From positions 1 through 64,000 of IMG/VR virus record IMGVR_UViG_3300017788_004205: DNA of 64,000 bases. One strand, 5' to 3'. This DNA comes from a virus. A model generated the notes under the pieces. It saw nothing but the letters and a program-made list of their open reading frames with translations, did not search any database and was not told the DNA's origin. The number at the start of each line of letters is the position of its first letter. Position 1 is the stretch's first letter. Shown here piece after piece: positions 1 to 10,328 of this stretch. Position numbers and translations under genes: made by a program.

Positions 1-843
1 CTAAATTATGGTAGATACATAAATGTGTTCGGATTACCAGCAATACCAGGAAAAATTTGGAAAGATGAAGAATTAAAAAATAAAACACTTCTTTTTCGAT
101 GTGAAGGTGGATTGGGTGATCAAATAGCAAATTTTCGTTTTGCTAAAGTATTTCAAGAAATGGGTGCAAGGGTTTTAATAGCATGTGCAGAAGAATTAAA
201 AGAATTATTTTCTCGTCATGGATTTATATGTATAGACAACGGTGCAGTAAATTCTGTTCATTATGATTATTGGATTCCCGCCATGTCTGCCGCTTATATT
301 TTAGGATTAGAATTTGAAGACCTCGATGGTTCACCATATATTACTGCAAACAATCCAAGCAAATTATTTTCAAAAAAAGACACAATAAAAGTTGGTATTC
401 GATGGAGTGGTAATCCACAATTTGAAGATGAACAACACAGAAGATTTCCTCCAGAGTTAATTATAGATTTACATGAAACGCCAAACACAACATTTTATTC
501 ACTTCAACGAGATGAAAATTGTGTTGATGGTCTACCATTTGCAGATATGCGTGAACAAATGAAAACATGGGATGATACAGTAAATATAATTGCTGGATTG
601 AATTTGGTAATTACATCTTGTACTTCTATTGCACATCTTGCGGGTGCTATGGGAATACCAACTTGGATAGTTACACCTATAATGCCCTATTATACATGGG
701 CAATCAATGGTGAAACTACTAAATGGTATAACTCTGTTAGATTATTTAGGCAAACTGAATATGGTAAATGGAATGATGTATTTAAATATGTTGAAAAAGA
801 ATTAAAAGAATTTTCTCAAACATTCAAGTTCACAGATATATAA
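1..843 (+). CDS. Glycosyltransferase, GT9/heptosyltransferase-like C-terminal domain of the type found in TPR-containing glycosyltransferases (5' truncated by window edge)
   Basis: Frame open from base 1; motifs EGGLGDQI, GIRWSGNP, LVITSCTSIAHLAGAMGIPTW, WYNSVRLFRQ. Confidence 0.75.
   Translation, partial: LNYGRYINVFGLPAIPGKIWKDEELKNKTLLFRCEGGLGDQIANFRFAKVFQEMGARVLIACAEELKELFSRHGFICIDNGAVNSVHYDYWIPAMSAAYILGLEFEDLDGSPYITANNPSKLFSKKDTIKVGIRWSGNPQFEDEQHRRFPPELIIDLHETPNTTFYSLQRDENCVDGLPFADMREQMKTWDDTVNIIAGLNLVITSCTSIAHLAGAMGIPTWIVTPIMPYYTWAINGETTKWYNSVRLFRQTEYGKWNDVFKYVEKELKEFSQTFKFTDI
835..842 (+). promoter_or_regulatory. Putative late promoter GATATATA
   Basis: Recurrent octamer ~29 nt upstream of ATG 871. 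Confidence 0.6.
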
Positions 844-870
844 ACATAGTAAAAATAATATTTTTTTAAT

Positions 871-1320
871 ATGAAATACATATTAGTAGAAAATGGTGAA
901 ATTAAAACATCACCCCTTCAATTACCAAAAAACTGGAAAAATGTATCAAATTTTTATTTACTGGATAATGTAGCATTAAAAGAATATGGTTGGTATCCGC
1001 ATAGATTTGTACAAGCACAAATTCAAAATAATCAAGTTTATGATGGAAGTACATTTATGATTGAACAAGATGAAGTCGTAGAATATCAACAGGTTAGAAA
1101 TAAAACACAGCAAGAAATAAATCAAGATACAGAAGATAAATGGAATTCTATTAGAAATCAAAGAAATACATTATTATATGATTGTGATTGGACTCAATTA
1201 CCAGACTCTCCATTAACTAATGAAAAAAAACAAGAGTGGGCTACATATAGACAAGCATTAAGAGATATTACATTGCAAGTTAATCCAGATAATATTATTT
1301 GGCCTACTAAACCAATTTAA
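871..1320 (+). CDS. Phage tail fibre assembly chaperone
   Basis: C-terminal RNQRNTLLYDCDWTQLPDSPL...WATYRQALRDIT...WPTKP signature. Confidence 0.8.
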   Translation: MKYILVENGEIKTSPLQLPKNWKNVSNFYLLDNVALKEYGWYPHRFVQAQIQNNQVYDGSTFMIEQDEVVEYQQVRNKTQQEINQDTEDKWNSIRNQRNTLLYDCDWTQLPDSPLTNEKKQEWATYRQALRDITLQVNPDNIIWPTKPI

Positions 1321-1334
1321 AATAACACCATTTA

Positions 1335-1676
1335 ATGAACGAAAACATCGTTTACTTCATTTTAGACGAATATTCAAATTCCGTAAAAATAGGATATACA
1401 ACCTTAAAGGGATTAAAGAAAAGAATAGAAACTCTCCAAATCGGAACTCCAAATGAACTTAAACTATTAGGAGCAACTTGGGGAGATAAAAAAACAGAAA
1501 AGAATATTCACGAAAAATTCCATTCTTTACATATAAGAGGAGAATGGTTTGAATATACAAAAGAGATAGAAGAGTTTATAGCGGAATGCTGGGACTTTTC
1601 TATAATAGAATCTTTAGAAAAGAAACTACTTAAAAAAATAACAAATAAATCAAGCGAGGTGCAATATGGAAAATAA
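1335..1676 (+). CDS. GIY-YIG nuclease family protein (T5orf172/MUG113-like)
   Basis: VYFI...VKIGYT...RIETLQIGTP...EKNIHEKF...RGEWF. Confidence 0.75.
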   Translation: MNENIVYFILDEYSNSVKIGYTTLKGLKKRIETLQIGTPNELKLLGATWGDKKTEKNIHEKFHSLHIRGEWFEYTKEIEEFIAECWDFSIIESLEKKLLKKITNKSSEVQYGK

Positions 1677-1953
1677 TTTTAATATCGAAGGTTTTGAAAC
1701 ATTCGAAAAGGTTATTATTGATTTTACAGCAACTTGGTGTGGGCCTTGCAATGTTTTAAGTCCAATTCTTGATGAAATCGCAAAAACAACAGATATCAAA
1801 GTTTTTAAGATTGATGTTGATGAAAATCAAGATATGGCTATTGCAAATGAAGTAAGAAGTATTCCTACAATGTTGTTCTATAAAAGAGGAGAGCTAATTA
1901 ATAGAACGACAGGAATGAAAAGAAAAGAAGAAATTATAGAAATATTTAACTAA
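1666..1953 (+). CDS. trxA: Thioredoxin
   Basis: DFTATWCGPC active site, VRSIPTMLF cis-Pro loop. Confidence 0.9.
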   Translation: MENNFNIEGFETFEKVIIDFTATWCGPCNVLSPILDEIAKTTDIKVFKIDVDENQDMAIANEVRSIPTMLFYKRGELINRTTGMKRKEEIIEIFN

Positions 1954-1955
1954 AA

Positions 1956-1984
1956 CAAAAAGCCCTTGAAAACAAGGGCTTTTG
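1956..1984. terminator. Bidirectional intrinsic terminator
   Basis: AAAAGCCCTTG-AAAA-CAAGGGCTTTT hairpin between convergent genes. Confidence 0.8.
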
Positions 1985-2023
1985 TATTTTTAATATATTA
2001 AAGCACCTTTGAAGATAATGTTA

Positions 2024-2317
2024 TTATTCTTCTTCTTCGTGACTACTTTCTTCCATTTCTTCGTCAGACTCTTCTTCTGTATCTCCTTCATTTTCAGATT
2101 CTTCATCTTCATACTCACCTTTTTCTAAATTCTCAACATGCTCAGGATGTTCTTCTTCTCCATCTGCTTTATTGAGTTTCATCATTGGAATATCAACGAT
2201 AACTTCTTTGTCGTGTTGTTCGACTTCTTCTTCGTCTTTGAAGTGCAAATGGACATCTGAATCTTCAATTTCAATTTGAACGAACTCTTCGAATGTTTTG
2301 ATTATTCTGTTATTCAT
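2024..2317 (-). CDS. Small very acidic protein with capsid-targeting-like N-terminus (possible prohead core/internal protein)
   Basis: Probable start MNNRIIKTFEEFVQIE at 2317 (alternative ATG 2356); Glu-rich tail; GATATATA on minus strand at 2386-2393. Confidence 0.55.
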   Translation of the reverse strand: MNNRIIKTFEEFVQIEIEDSDVHLHFKDEEEVEQHDKEVIVDIPMMKLNKADGEEEHPEHVENLEKGEYEDEESENEGDTEEESDEEMEESSHEEEE

Positions 2318-2385
2318 ATCACAGTTTTTTTTAATTTTCGGATGAAAAACACCCATGTTCTAATTTACTATTAGAGTGTAATTTC

Positions 2386-2457
2386 TATATATCAGAAAAA
2401 AATAAAGAATTTCAAAAAAATAAAAATTAGCTTATTGTAAAAAATACAGGATATATA
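2386..2457. promoter_or_regulatory. Divergent pair of GATATATA late promoters
   Basis: TATATATC at 2386-2393 (minus) and GATATATA at 2450-2457 (plus). Confidence 0.55.
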
Positions 2458-2526
2458 AAATAGCTATATGATAAACTGTTAAATTCCCTAAGAAAATGAT
2501 TCTAACAAATCATTTTACATATAAAA

Positions 2527-3078
2527 ATGACAGTTTATTTAAAATATTACCATAAAGCCATGAAAAAACGCATAACAGGAATAAACCAAAATGGAAACTT
2601 AAATAATTCAAATAATTCAGCTAAACCTAACTCATTTACAAAGACAGAAAATATACAAGCATCTATATTTAGCCAAATCAACCAAGAAAAACAAAAAAAT
2701 AGAGACATTATACTTAAAAGTAAATACTCAGCGGCTTTGAAGTCATCTGCTGAAAATTTCCTGATAGACCTTTTTGAAAAAATTTCAACCCTTAATGATT
2801 TTGATAATGTGGATATTGAAATACCAATTAGTGCGGCTATGGCTATAATCAGTAATATAAGCTGGCATCAGCCTACTGAAGCTCAGGTAGAATATGATTT
2901 TACGAGAGAGTGTATGGATAATGGTCTTTATGCAATTCAAGTTTTAGGAGATGGAGACTTAGACATAGAAGAAGAAAAAATTAAAATTGATGATGATAAT
3001 ATAGAGAAAGAAGATGTAGAAGATAAAGAAGGCGAGGGGGGAGAAGAAAGTGAAGAAGGAGAAAAGGGAAAAGAATAA
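2527..3078 (+). CDS. Hypothetical protein with acidic C-terminus
   Basis: 183 aa ORF tiling with neighbours. Confidence 0.6.
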   Translation: MTVYLKYYHKAMKKRITGINQNGNLNNSNNSAKPNSFTKTENIQASIFSQINQEKQKNRDIILKSKYSAALKSSAENFLIDLFEKISTLNDFDNVDIEIPISAAMAIISNISWHQPTEAQVEYDFTRECMDNGLYAIQVLGDGDLDIEEEKIKIDDDNIEKEDVEDKEGEGGEESEEGEKGKE

Positions 3079-3080
3079 CA

Positions 3081-3287
3081 ATGAAAATTTTACTATTAAA
3101 GAATTGTAATTCCCCAGAATATCTTGAAGTAGTTAAAGAAAATGGCAAAAATCTTGTATTTGAGTCATACAAAGATATGGATGAGTGGATTTACGATATG
3201 GAACTTAATTCAGAATCTTTTACTCCTATTATTGTTGAAGAAAACAAAATAGATTTTGAGACTATATTCAGAGGAAGAAGTTTCTAA
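3081..3287 (+). CDS. Hypothetical protein
   Basis: 68 aa ORF starting 2 nt after the previous stop. Confidence 0.55.
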   Translation: MKILLLKNCNSPEYLEVVKENGKNLVFESYKDMDEWIYDMELNSESFTPIIVEENKIDFETIFRGRSF

Positions 3288-3302
3288 AAATTAGAGTCAT
3301 AT

Positions 3303-3665
3303 ATGAATCCAAATGATATTTACACAAGACATATTGATTATGTAGCAGAAAGATGTAATTACAGAATTTCAAAATTCATCAATGTTCCAACAAAAGAATT
3401 CAACGGAGTTTGTTTTATTGCATTTGAAGGTTCTATAACAAAAGAACTTTGGAATCCTGAGAGAGATTGGAATCAGCTCATGCTCGTTATAGATGAAATT
3501 GAAAAAATAGAAGGTGTTTCTTTGAATATAATAGGAACAACTTGTGAAATCTTAAAAAAAGATGGAACTGATTCAGTTTCTTTATGTAAGCATGATGGCG
3601 GTTCTCGCTTAGACTCAGTGTATAGATGCTGTGTTGATTTTGTCAATAATGTTGCTTTGCGATAA
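3303..3665 (+). CDS. Hypothetical protein
   Basis: 120 aa ORF, DWNQLMLVIDEIE segment. Confidence 0.6.
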   Translation: MNPNDIYTRHIDYVAERCNYRISKFINVPTKEFNGVCFIAFEGSITKELWNPERDWNQLMLVIDEIEKIEGVSLNIIGTTCEILKKDGTDSVSLCKHDGGSRLDSVYRCCVDFVNNVALR

Positions 3666-3680
3666 TTTTTCTAATCTTTG

Positions 3681-3709
3681 TTGAACTAAATACTTTTATT
3701 TTCTATAAT
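3681..3709 (+). promoter_or_regulatory. sigma70-like promoter TTGAAC-N17-TATAAT
   Basis: Exact 17-nt spacer, upstream of the gp47-like gene. Confidence 0.7.
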
Positions 3710-3747
3710 AATAGAAAGTTACCATCATAATTGAGGTTTCATTAGCC

Positions 3748-4851
3748 ATGCAGAACAAAAAAGAAACGGAAATCAAAAGAATATTTATGATTTCAGACCT
3801 TCATTTTGGGGTTCGTTCAAACAGCCCAGAATGGCTAAAAATCCAAACCGATTATTTCTACAAATACTTCATACCATTAGTAAAACAACATAAAAGAGAT
3901 GGAGATGCTTGTTTTATTCTTGGGGATATTTTTGATTCAAGACAATCTATTAACATCTTAGTTATGAATTCTTGTATTCAAGTTTTCCAAGAATTATCCA
4001 AAGTATTTGGAGAAGATGGTGTATATGTTATGGCTGGTAACCACGATTGTTGGACAAAAGATTCAGCCGAAGTTCATTCCCTTGTTTGCATTTCGGGTAT
4101 TCCGAATGTTCATGTTTACAATACCCCTGGGATAGTTCAATCCCCTCATTCCAAAATGATTCTTTTCCCATGGGGCATGCAAGTAGAAGAAGAAAAGGAA
4201 TTTTTAGAATCTACTTCTTCCGATATTCTTTTTGTCCATACAGATATAAAAGGTGCAAGATTCAATTCAAAGGTTGAAGTTGAGCATGGAAATGGAACAG
4301 AGACATATAGAAGACATAAAAAGGTATATGGTGGTCATATACATTATAGACAAAGAGTAAACGATTTTATTACCCTTATAGGCTCTCCTTATCAAATGAC
4401 GAGAACTGATATAGGGAATAGAAAGGGAGTTTACTTGCTTGACCTTGAAACAAAAGAAGAAACATTCTTTGAAAATGATTATTCACCAGAATTTATATCA
4501 GCCAACTTTGAATCTATCATAGATATGAATAGAGAAGAACTTGATTTAGTATTTTCAAATAAATTTGTTGATTTGAAAGTAGGCAAAAGATGGTTTGAAG
4601 AAGTTGATATTCCTTCATTTGTACTTTCTTTCAAAACCCAAAGGTCTATTCAATTACAAGAGATAGACGACTCTGATTCTATTGAATTAAACGAATCTCT
4701 TGATGTAGATTTCTTTGATGAAGCAACTCCAAATTTTGACATACTTACTTTAACAAAAGAACTTGTTAGTGCTTTGGAATTTGATGAAGAAACTAAAAAT
4801 AAAATAGAGAATAAGATAGCTCTATTGTATGATAAAATATCAGAAGAATAA
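3748..4851 (+). CDS. Recombination endonuclease subunit, T4 gp47/Mre11/SbcD-like
   Basis: Metallophosphoesterase motifs SDLHFG, GDIFD, GNHD, FVH, GGHIH, GSPYQ; linked to a Rad50-like gene. Confidence 0.9.
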   Translation: MQNKKETEIKRIFMISDLHFGVRSNSPEWLKIQTDYFYKYFIPLVKQHKRDGDACFILGDIFDSRQSINILVMNSCIQVFQELSKVFGEDGVYVMAGNHDCWTKDSAEVHSLVCISGIPNVHVYNTPGIVQSPHSKMILFPWGMQVEEEKEFLESTSSDILFVHTDIKGARFNSKVEVEHGNGTETYRRHKKVYGGHIHYRQRVNDFITLIGSPYQMTRTDIGNRKGVYLLDLETKEETFFENDYSPEFISANFESIIDMNREELDLVFSNKFVDLKVGKRWFEEVDIPSFVLSFKTQRSIQLQEIDDSDSIELNESLDVDFFDEATPNFDILTLTKELVSALEFDEETKNKIENKIALLYDKISEE

Positions 4852-4872
4852 AAAATCAAAAAAAGGTATATC

Positions 4873-7035
4873 ATGTTATCTAAAAATGAATATTCACAAG
4901 CGATTGAGATTATAGAAAACGCTATCAAAAAGTCTATTGGTCTTTTTGATTCTGCGAAAGAATTTGGATTAAACCAAAATGAAATACTACATATCTTAGC
5001 GAAGATAGAAGCATCCTATGCAATAGGTTCTTTAAGTAAAGAAGATTGGGATTATTATTCTGATTTAATTGGCAAATTTGAAACCAAATCGGAAACCATA
5101 GAAGTTCCTAATGGAGCAAATGAAGAAGAAATAAACGATATAGTTCAATCTATCGTTGAACTTTACCAAACTGGTAAAAATGACAAAGACAAAAGAGTAA
5201 CATTTGAAATAGGTGGTCTTTTAGTTAGACTTAAAAATATTCTACTCGGTTCTTATAATGAGTTTATCGACTCATGTCTTCCATTTAGCCAAAGAACTGC
5301 GAGAACTTATAAAAAAGCTTTCTTTGATATGGGTGGGGAATATACTCCAGAAACCGATAATGAAGAAGAAATAGAAGAAATAACAAGTAAAATAAATCAG
5401 CTTAGCGCTTATACAAAAAATGACCCTGAGAAAAAGTTTGCTTCTGAGATAGGAAAACTTTTAGTTAGGCTTAAAGACCTACTACCAGGTTCTTATAATG
5501 AATTTGTAGATACATATCTACCATTTAGCCAAAGAAGCGCAAGAACATATGCAAGAACGTTTTTTGATATGGGTGGAACATATACACCCTACGATAAACT
5601 TGAAATTAAAAAAGACGTACAATCTTTCCTTAAAAAGGGAAAGCAAAATGTAGGGACCGATGATGGTGATGTGGATTCACTTATTTCTTTCTTAAATCCA
5701 CAAAGTATTGATTTGAACGATGATTATGATGAACGTTCAAAATGGTGGGCAGAAAGAGATGAAGAAGGTAAAATAACAAAGTATAATTATCTTATCTACA
5801 TTCAAGATTCTCCTCCGCTCAAAGGTTCTTTTACCTGTGAGCAAATGGAAGAGATTTATAGAAAATATCCTTATGTAACTCAAAATACAATTAGCAGAGA
5901 TTTTCCTTACATCACATTCACAGAATTTAAGAAAATCTTGCGTTGTTTTAACATCACAAAAGATAAACTTTTTCCTCCTCATATTGTTGAGAATTATTCT
6001 GAAGATGAACTGGCATTATTTGCATTAAAAGCAAAAGAATCAGCTGGTTACAAAAAAATGATTGAGAAAAAGTCTGAATACTTTGAAAAAAGATTCAAAG
6101 ATGTTCAAAAGAACTTGCTTGATGTTAAAACGGACAGACAATGGATTGAAGGAGTATTGGATAAATATTTCAGCGAAGAACGTCAGCGCTCTGTTGAAAC
6201 TATAAGATTTTCAGATATTCCAAAAGTATCTGAAGAAGAAAAAGCAAAGCATCCTCGTTTATTTTGTTTTATGAGCGATTTGCATATTGGAAAGTTCTAT
6301 GAACATCCAATTTACGGTAGAGGATTCAACAAAGAAATAGCAAAAGAAAGATTCGAACAGTTGGCATTTCATATTTGTAGAGAATCTGAAAAATATGAAC
6401 ATCTAACTCTTCTTTGTGGTGGTGATATAACAGAATCTATCATGGAAGATGGACTTCATCACGGCATCCACAAATACATGGATTTATTTCAAGATGACCA
6501 AATTATGTATGCTCTTGACTTGTTCCATAGTTTATTCTCAACTATTATTCAAAACACAAATTTCAAGAGTATAGAACTTTTAGGTCTTGAAGGAAACCAT
6601 GATAGAATTGGCTCTCAAAGACATGATGATAAAAATAGAACAGCCGCTAAAGTAGTCTATAGATTCCTCCAAAGAGAATGGAAAGATAAAATAGATGTTA
6701 TTTTAGCAGAAGAAGGAATAATTAATCAGAAAAGAGAAAATATTTGCATAATTTCGCATCACGGAGATGCAAATTTGGCAAAGAAAAAGGGAGATGAGCT
6801 TGTAAATCTTTTTGGAGATGGAAAAAGATTTTACCATCTTGTTATCAAAGGGCATTTTCACCATCTTGAATGTAAAGAAGGTACGAATTTCCTTAGCATA
6901 ACGCTACCTTCTATTTGTTCTGCTGATACTTATTCTATAACGGAATTTGCACAAAACTCCCAGCCAGGATTTATACTTGGTCATCAAGCAGAATTTGGAT
7001 TGGGATTTGACTTCAAAAAAATAACCTTGTTTTAA
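4873..7035 (+). CDS. Multidomain protein: tandem DUF3102-like repeats plus C-terminal calcineurin-like metallophosphoesterase
   Basis: EIGxLLVRLK...LPFSQR(T/S)ARTY twice; SDLHIG, GGDITE, GNHDR, HHGD, GHFHH. Confidence 0.7.
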   Translation: MLSKNEYSQAIEIIENAIKKSIGLFDSAKEFGLNQNEILHILAKIEASYAIGSLSKEDWDYYSDLIGKFETKSETIEVPNGANEEEINDIVQSIVELYQTGKNDKDKRVTFEIGGLLVRLKNILLGSYNEFIDSCLPFSQRTARTYKKAFFDMGGEYTPETDNEEEIEEITSKINQLSAYTKNDPEKKFASEIGKLLVRLKDLLPGSYNEFVDTYLPFSQRSARTYARTFFDMGGTYTPYDKLEIKKDVQSFLKKGKQNVGTDDGDVDSLISFLNPQSIDLNDDYDERSKWWAERDEEGKITKYNYLIYIQDSPPLKGSFTCEQMEEIYRKYPYVTQNTISRDFPYITFTEFKKILRCFNITKDKLFPPHIVENYSEDELALFALKAKESAGYKKMIEKKSEYFEKRFKDVQKNLLDVKTDRQWIEGVLDKYFSEERQRSVETIRFSDIPKVSEEEKAKHPRLFCFMSDLHIGKFYEHPIYGRGFNKEIAKERFEQLAFHICRESEKYEHLTLLCGGDITESIMEDGLHHGIHKYMDLFQDDQIMYALDLFHSLFSTIIQNTNFKSIELLGLEGNHDRIGSQRHDDKNRTAAKVVYRFLQREWKDKIDVILAEEGIINQKRENICIISHHGDANLAKKKGDELVNLFGDGKRFYHLVIKGHFHHLECKEGTNFLSITLPSICSADTYSITEFAQNSQPGFILGHQAEFGLGFDFKKITLF
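5119..5598 (+). repeat. Tandem 240-nt (80-aa) intragenic duplication
   Basis: Units start at 5119 and 5359; e.g. TTAGTTAGACTTAAA at 5221 vs TTAGTTAGGCTTAAA at 5461. Confidence 0.9.
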
Positions 7036-7050
7036 TGTAAAGGCATAGAG

Positions 7051-8724
7051 ATGAAACTCACGCAAGTAAAATTTAGAAACATCAATTCCTATGGAAACAG
7101 ATGGCAAAATATTGATTTTAATCCAGATGAACCTGGGTTGTATCAAATTTGCGGTGAGAATGGGACTGGAAAATCTACTATAAGTCAAGTTCTTAAAATG
7201 GGGCTTTATGGAAGAGTTCAAGGTAAAAAAACAATAGCAAAGTGTGTTAATAGGATAAATAAGTCTGGTGAGATTTCAATTACATTTGAAACAAGACTTG
7301 GAAAGGTTGATGTTCAAAGAGGATTTTCTCCTAATTCATTTAACTTGAAAGTAGCAGGTAGCGAATATAAACAAGCTGGTGTTAAAAATGTTCAAGAATA
7401 TTTAGAAGAAAACCTAATAGGTATTCCTCAAAAAATATTCAATAATTCAATTAGTCTTTCAATCAATGATTTCAAGTCATTCTTGAATATGGGAGCGGAA
7501 GACAAAAGAGAGATTGTTGATAAAATCTTTGGTCTTGAAACAATCAACATTATGAGAAAGATGTTGAGTGAAGAGCTAAGAGAATCTAAAACATTTCTCA
7601 AAACTTGTGATGATAATATTAAATTCATCGAAGACAATATAGAAAGAGCAAATAGAGAATTGGCTATTGTTGAAGAAAAACTCCAAGAAGATAATTCTGA
7701 AAAGATAGCGCAATTAAAAGAAAAGTATGAGTCTATTCTTGCTTCTAAACTACCTTTTGAAGAAAAGAAGCAAAAAGCATCAGAGGCAAAAGAAAAACTT
7801 GATGAAGCTGAACGTAAAATCTCAAGAAACAAGCAAGAGATAAGAAGCAACATAGATTCATTAGCTAAACAAAAAAGGCTATATCAGTCAGAAAAATGCC
7901 CAACATGTGGTTCTGACCTTAAATCAGATGAACACCAACATAAGTTTCAAGAAATTCTAACTGAGGAAGAATCATATAGAGCTAAACTCAAAGAATTAGA
8001 AGATAAATCTTCTCAGGTGGATGAAAGAATGCAAAAAGCTAAAACAGCTTTAAGAGAATGCGATTCTCGTTTGATTGATATAGAATCAAAAATGCGTTCT
8101 ATCAGAACTCTTTTGAAAGAAGCTGAACAGCAAAAGGTAGATGAGCAAACAGATGGTATAAAAAGAATCATCGAGCAAAACTTCCAAAAATTGGAAGAAC
8201 TACAAGAAGAAAGGAAGAGAATTGTAAAAAAAGACAATATCAATAAATTGGTTGATGATTTGCTTGGTGATAAAGGCTTGAAAAAGTCTGTTATGGAGCA
8301 TATTGTTAAACCTATGAATGTTCAAGTGAATGCTATCTTAGCTCAGCTTGAATTGCCCTTTAAGGTGGAATTTGATGGTCAGTTTGATGCTAAACTTAAA
8401 CAGCTTTCTTATGAAATTAGCACAGATGAACTTTCAACTGGACAACTTAAAATGTTGGATTTTGCAGTGTTGCTTGCAATCATCAAAATGTTGAAAATTA
8501 AATTTCCAACTTTGAATATTTTATTTTTGGATGAAATTTTTAGTTCATTAGACCCTAATAACATATCAAGAATAGTTCATATTCTGAGAAGAATATCAAA
8601 GGAATACATGATGAACATAATGGTGATTAATCATGCTCCTTTACCAACAGAATTATTTGATTATACTATAACAACTGGGATTAAAGATAATTTCTCTAAT
8701 CTAACCGTTGAAAAATGCATGTAA
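7051..8724 (+). CDS. Recombination ATPase, T4 gp46/Rad50/SbcC-like
   Basis: Walker A GENGTGKS, coiled coil with CPTC zinc hook, LSTGQ signature, Walker B LFLDE, H-loop INH. Confidence 0.92.
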   Translation: MKLTQVKFRNINSYGNRWQNIDFNPDEPGLYQICGENGTGKSTISQVLKMGLYGRVQGKKTIAKCVNRINKSGEISITFETRLGKVDVQRGFSPNSFNLKVAGSEYKQAGVKNVQEYLEENLIGIPQKIFNNSISLSINDFKSFLNMGAEDKREIVDKIFGLETINIMRKMLSEELRESKTFLKTCDDNIKFIEDNIERANRELAIVEEKLQEDNSEKIAQLKEKYESILASKLPFEEKKQKASEAKEKLDEAERKISRNKQEIRSNIDSLAKQKRLYQSEKCPTCGSDLKSDEHQHKFQEILTEEESYRAKLKELEDKSSQVDERMQKAKTALRECDSRLIDIESKMRSIRTLLKEAEQQKVDEQTDGIKRIIEQNFQKLEELQEERKRIVKKDNINKLVDDLLGDKGLKKSVMEHIVKPMNVQVNAILAQLELPFKVEFDGQFDAKLKQLSYEISTDELSTGQLKMLDFAVLLAIIKMLKIKFPTLNILFLDEIFSSLDPNNISRIVHILRRISKEYMMNIMVINHAPLPTELFDYTITTGIKDNFSNLTVEKCM

Positions 8725-8729
8725 TATAG

Positions 8730-8987
8730 ATGTTTTCAAGAAAACCCAAATTACATATAGAAGTATTCACATTAAAAAGCGTAGATGACTTTGGTAAAGT
8801 ATCTTATGTTGATAATGCTGAACTTTCTGGATATATAGAAGACAGCGATTTCTTACCAAGAATTGGCGATGTATTAGTCTACAAAAAAACTCACTATAAA
8901 GTTGATAGAGTTATTATAGACTATGAGAAAAAAACATTATCTATTCTTTTGAGCGAATCAAGAGTGGATGTGAAAATCCAAAAATAA
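8730..8987 (+). CDS. Hypothetical protein
   Basis: 85 aa ORF in operon context, LPRIGD beta-barrel-like segment. Confidence 0.6.
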   Translation: MFSRKPKLHIEVFTLKSVDDFGKVSYVDNAELSGYIEDSDFLPRIGDVLVYKKTHYKVDRVIIDYEKKTLSILLSESRVDVKIQK

Positions 8988-8997
8988 ATAATCCCAT

Positions 8998-10251
8998 ATG
9001 AACGGCATTCCTACGCCAGTACAAGCGATAGAGGGTATAAGTCACAAATACAATTATGATAATATATTTATACGAACAGTTATTGCTGGGGTTATCAATA
9101 TCTTAAATGATAGAGTTTTCTTACTTTACAGACTATCAGATACCGAAACTAAAACACACTATGTCCCGTTTTATTATTCAATGACTGGTGATGAAAGGGC
9201 TCTCCAAGATTTTTATCTAAACTGGAACGATTGCGTTCAACCTAAAACTGTTGATGGTAACATTGATGTTTTACCAAGGGGTATGGTAAAAATGAATGCT
9301 GTTAGTATAAATACAGCTTCTCTTACAAATTATCATGTTCGTGGAGATTTTGTTAGAGAAAATGCAAATAATCAACTAACCACATATAGTGCAAAACTTC
9401 ACTCTATTCCCATAAAAATGACCTTTGAGGTTGAGATTCAATCCGATACACTCGAAGATTCTTGGAAAATATGGGAAAAGGTCATAGAAGTATTTTGGCC
9501 AACTGTTGCTTCTTCTGTCAGGTGGAATTATGTTAGAATTCCATTTCAAATAGGATTCCCAGCAGATTTTCCTTCTGAGAAACTTTATCAATGGTCATTT
9601 GGAGCGATAAATGCTTCAAATGTTAATATAAACATGAAATTTTCTCTTGATTTAGAGACATATTATCCGATATTTGATAAAAATAGCGAACTCTTCAAAG
9701 GTCAATCGATTACAGGATTTACATCATCAGATGAGCTTTATTTAGATGAAAATGGTCAATTATTAGCAAAACCAAAGATTTTAGAGATAAATCTACCATT
9801 ACCAGGTAGTCTTGGAGGTTCTTCATATGAAGTTGGTAAGATTTATTGGGGTCTTACTTTTGACCCAACCCTTCCAAATCAAAGTGGCTTCTCAGTCGCA
9901 TTAAAAAATATCGGGAACTCAAAAAGCACTGGTAATCCTGTTTTTAAGGTTCTGAATTTTTATACTGATACAACAGATTCATCATCTGTACATACATTAA
10001 CTGAAAATACTTCTATAAACTACTCAAAAATATTTGACGGTAGTGCATATATAGCAGAAGACCAAGTTGTTGGAACAACAGTTGCAACAGAACCAAATAA
10101 TGGTCAAGACTATTCGATATATACAATTGCAACCCCAGTTGAAGACAGAGCCAATATTTCTATGAAAAATAGTAAAGATTTATCAGGTTTAATAGAGGCA
10201 AACTCATCAATTCTTGAAAATATTACAAAAAATCTTGATGATGAGGCATAA
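8998..10251 (+). CDS. Tail sheath stabiliser/completion protein, T4 gp15-like, with C-terminal extension
   Basis: VPFYYS...LPRG...IPIKMTFEVEIQSDTLEDSWKIWEKVIEVFWP resembles the gp15 pattern. Confidence 0.65.
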   Translation: MNGIPTPVQAIEGISHKYNYDNIFIRTVIAGVINILNDRVFLLYRLSDTETKTHYVPFYYSMTGDERALQDFYLNWNDCVQPKTVDGNIDVLPRGMVKMNAVSINTASLTNYHVRGDFVRENANNQLTTYSAKLHSIPIKMTFEVEIQSDTLEDSWKIWEKVIEVFWPTVASSVRWNYVRIPFQIGFPADFPSEKLYQWSFGAINASNVNINMKFSLDLETYYPIFDKNSELFKGQSITGFTSSDELYLDENGQLLAKPKILEINLPLPGSLGGSSYEVGKIYWGLTFDPTLPNQSGFSVALKNIGNSKSTGNPVFKVLNFYTDTTDSSSVHTLTENTSINYSKIFDGSAYIAEDQVVGTTVATEPNNGQDYSIYTIATPVEDRANISMKNSKDLSGLIEANSSILENITKNLDDEA

Positions 10252-10267
10252 AAACAAATACAATCTT

Positions 10268-10295
10268 GATATATAGATAACAAATCAAATATATA
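10268..10295 (+). promoter_or_regulatory. Putative late promoter(s) GATATATA / AATATATA
   Basis: Octamers at 10268-10275 and 10288-10295 upstream of ATG 10329. Confidence 0.6.
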
Positions 10296-10328
10296 CACAT
10301 TGTATATTAAAAATAACGGTTAGGCAAA

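Noticed and set aside
1335-1676. GIY-YIG ORF as an intron-encoded homing endonuclease
   Set aside because: Only 113 aa, free-standing, no interrupted host gene or intron structure
10116-10123. GATATATA inside the gp15-like CDS (another near 32600)
   Set aside because: Intragenic and far from a start codon; compatible with chance in AT-rich DNA
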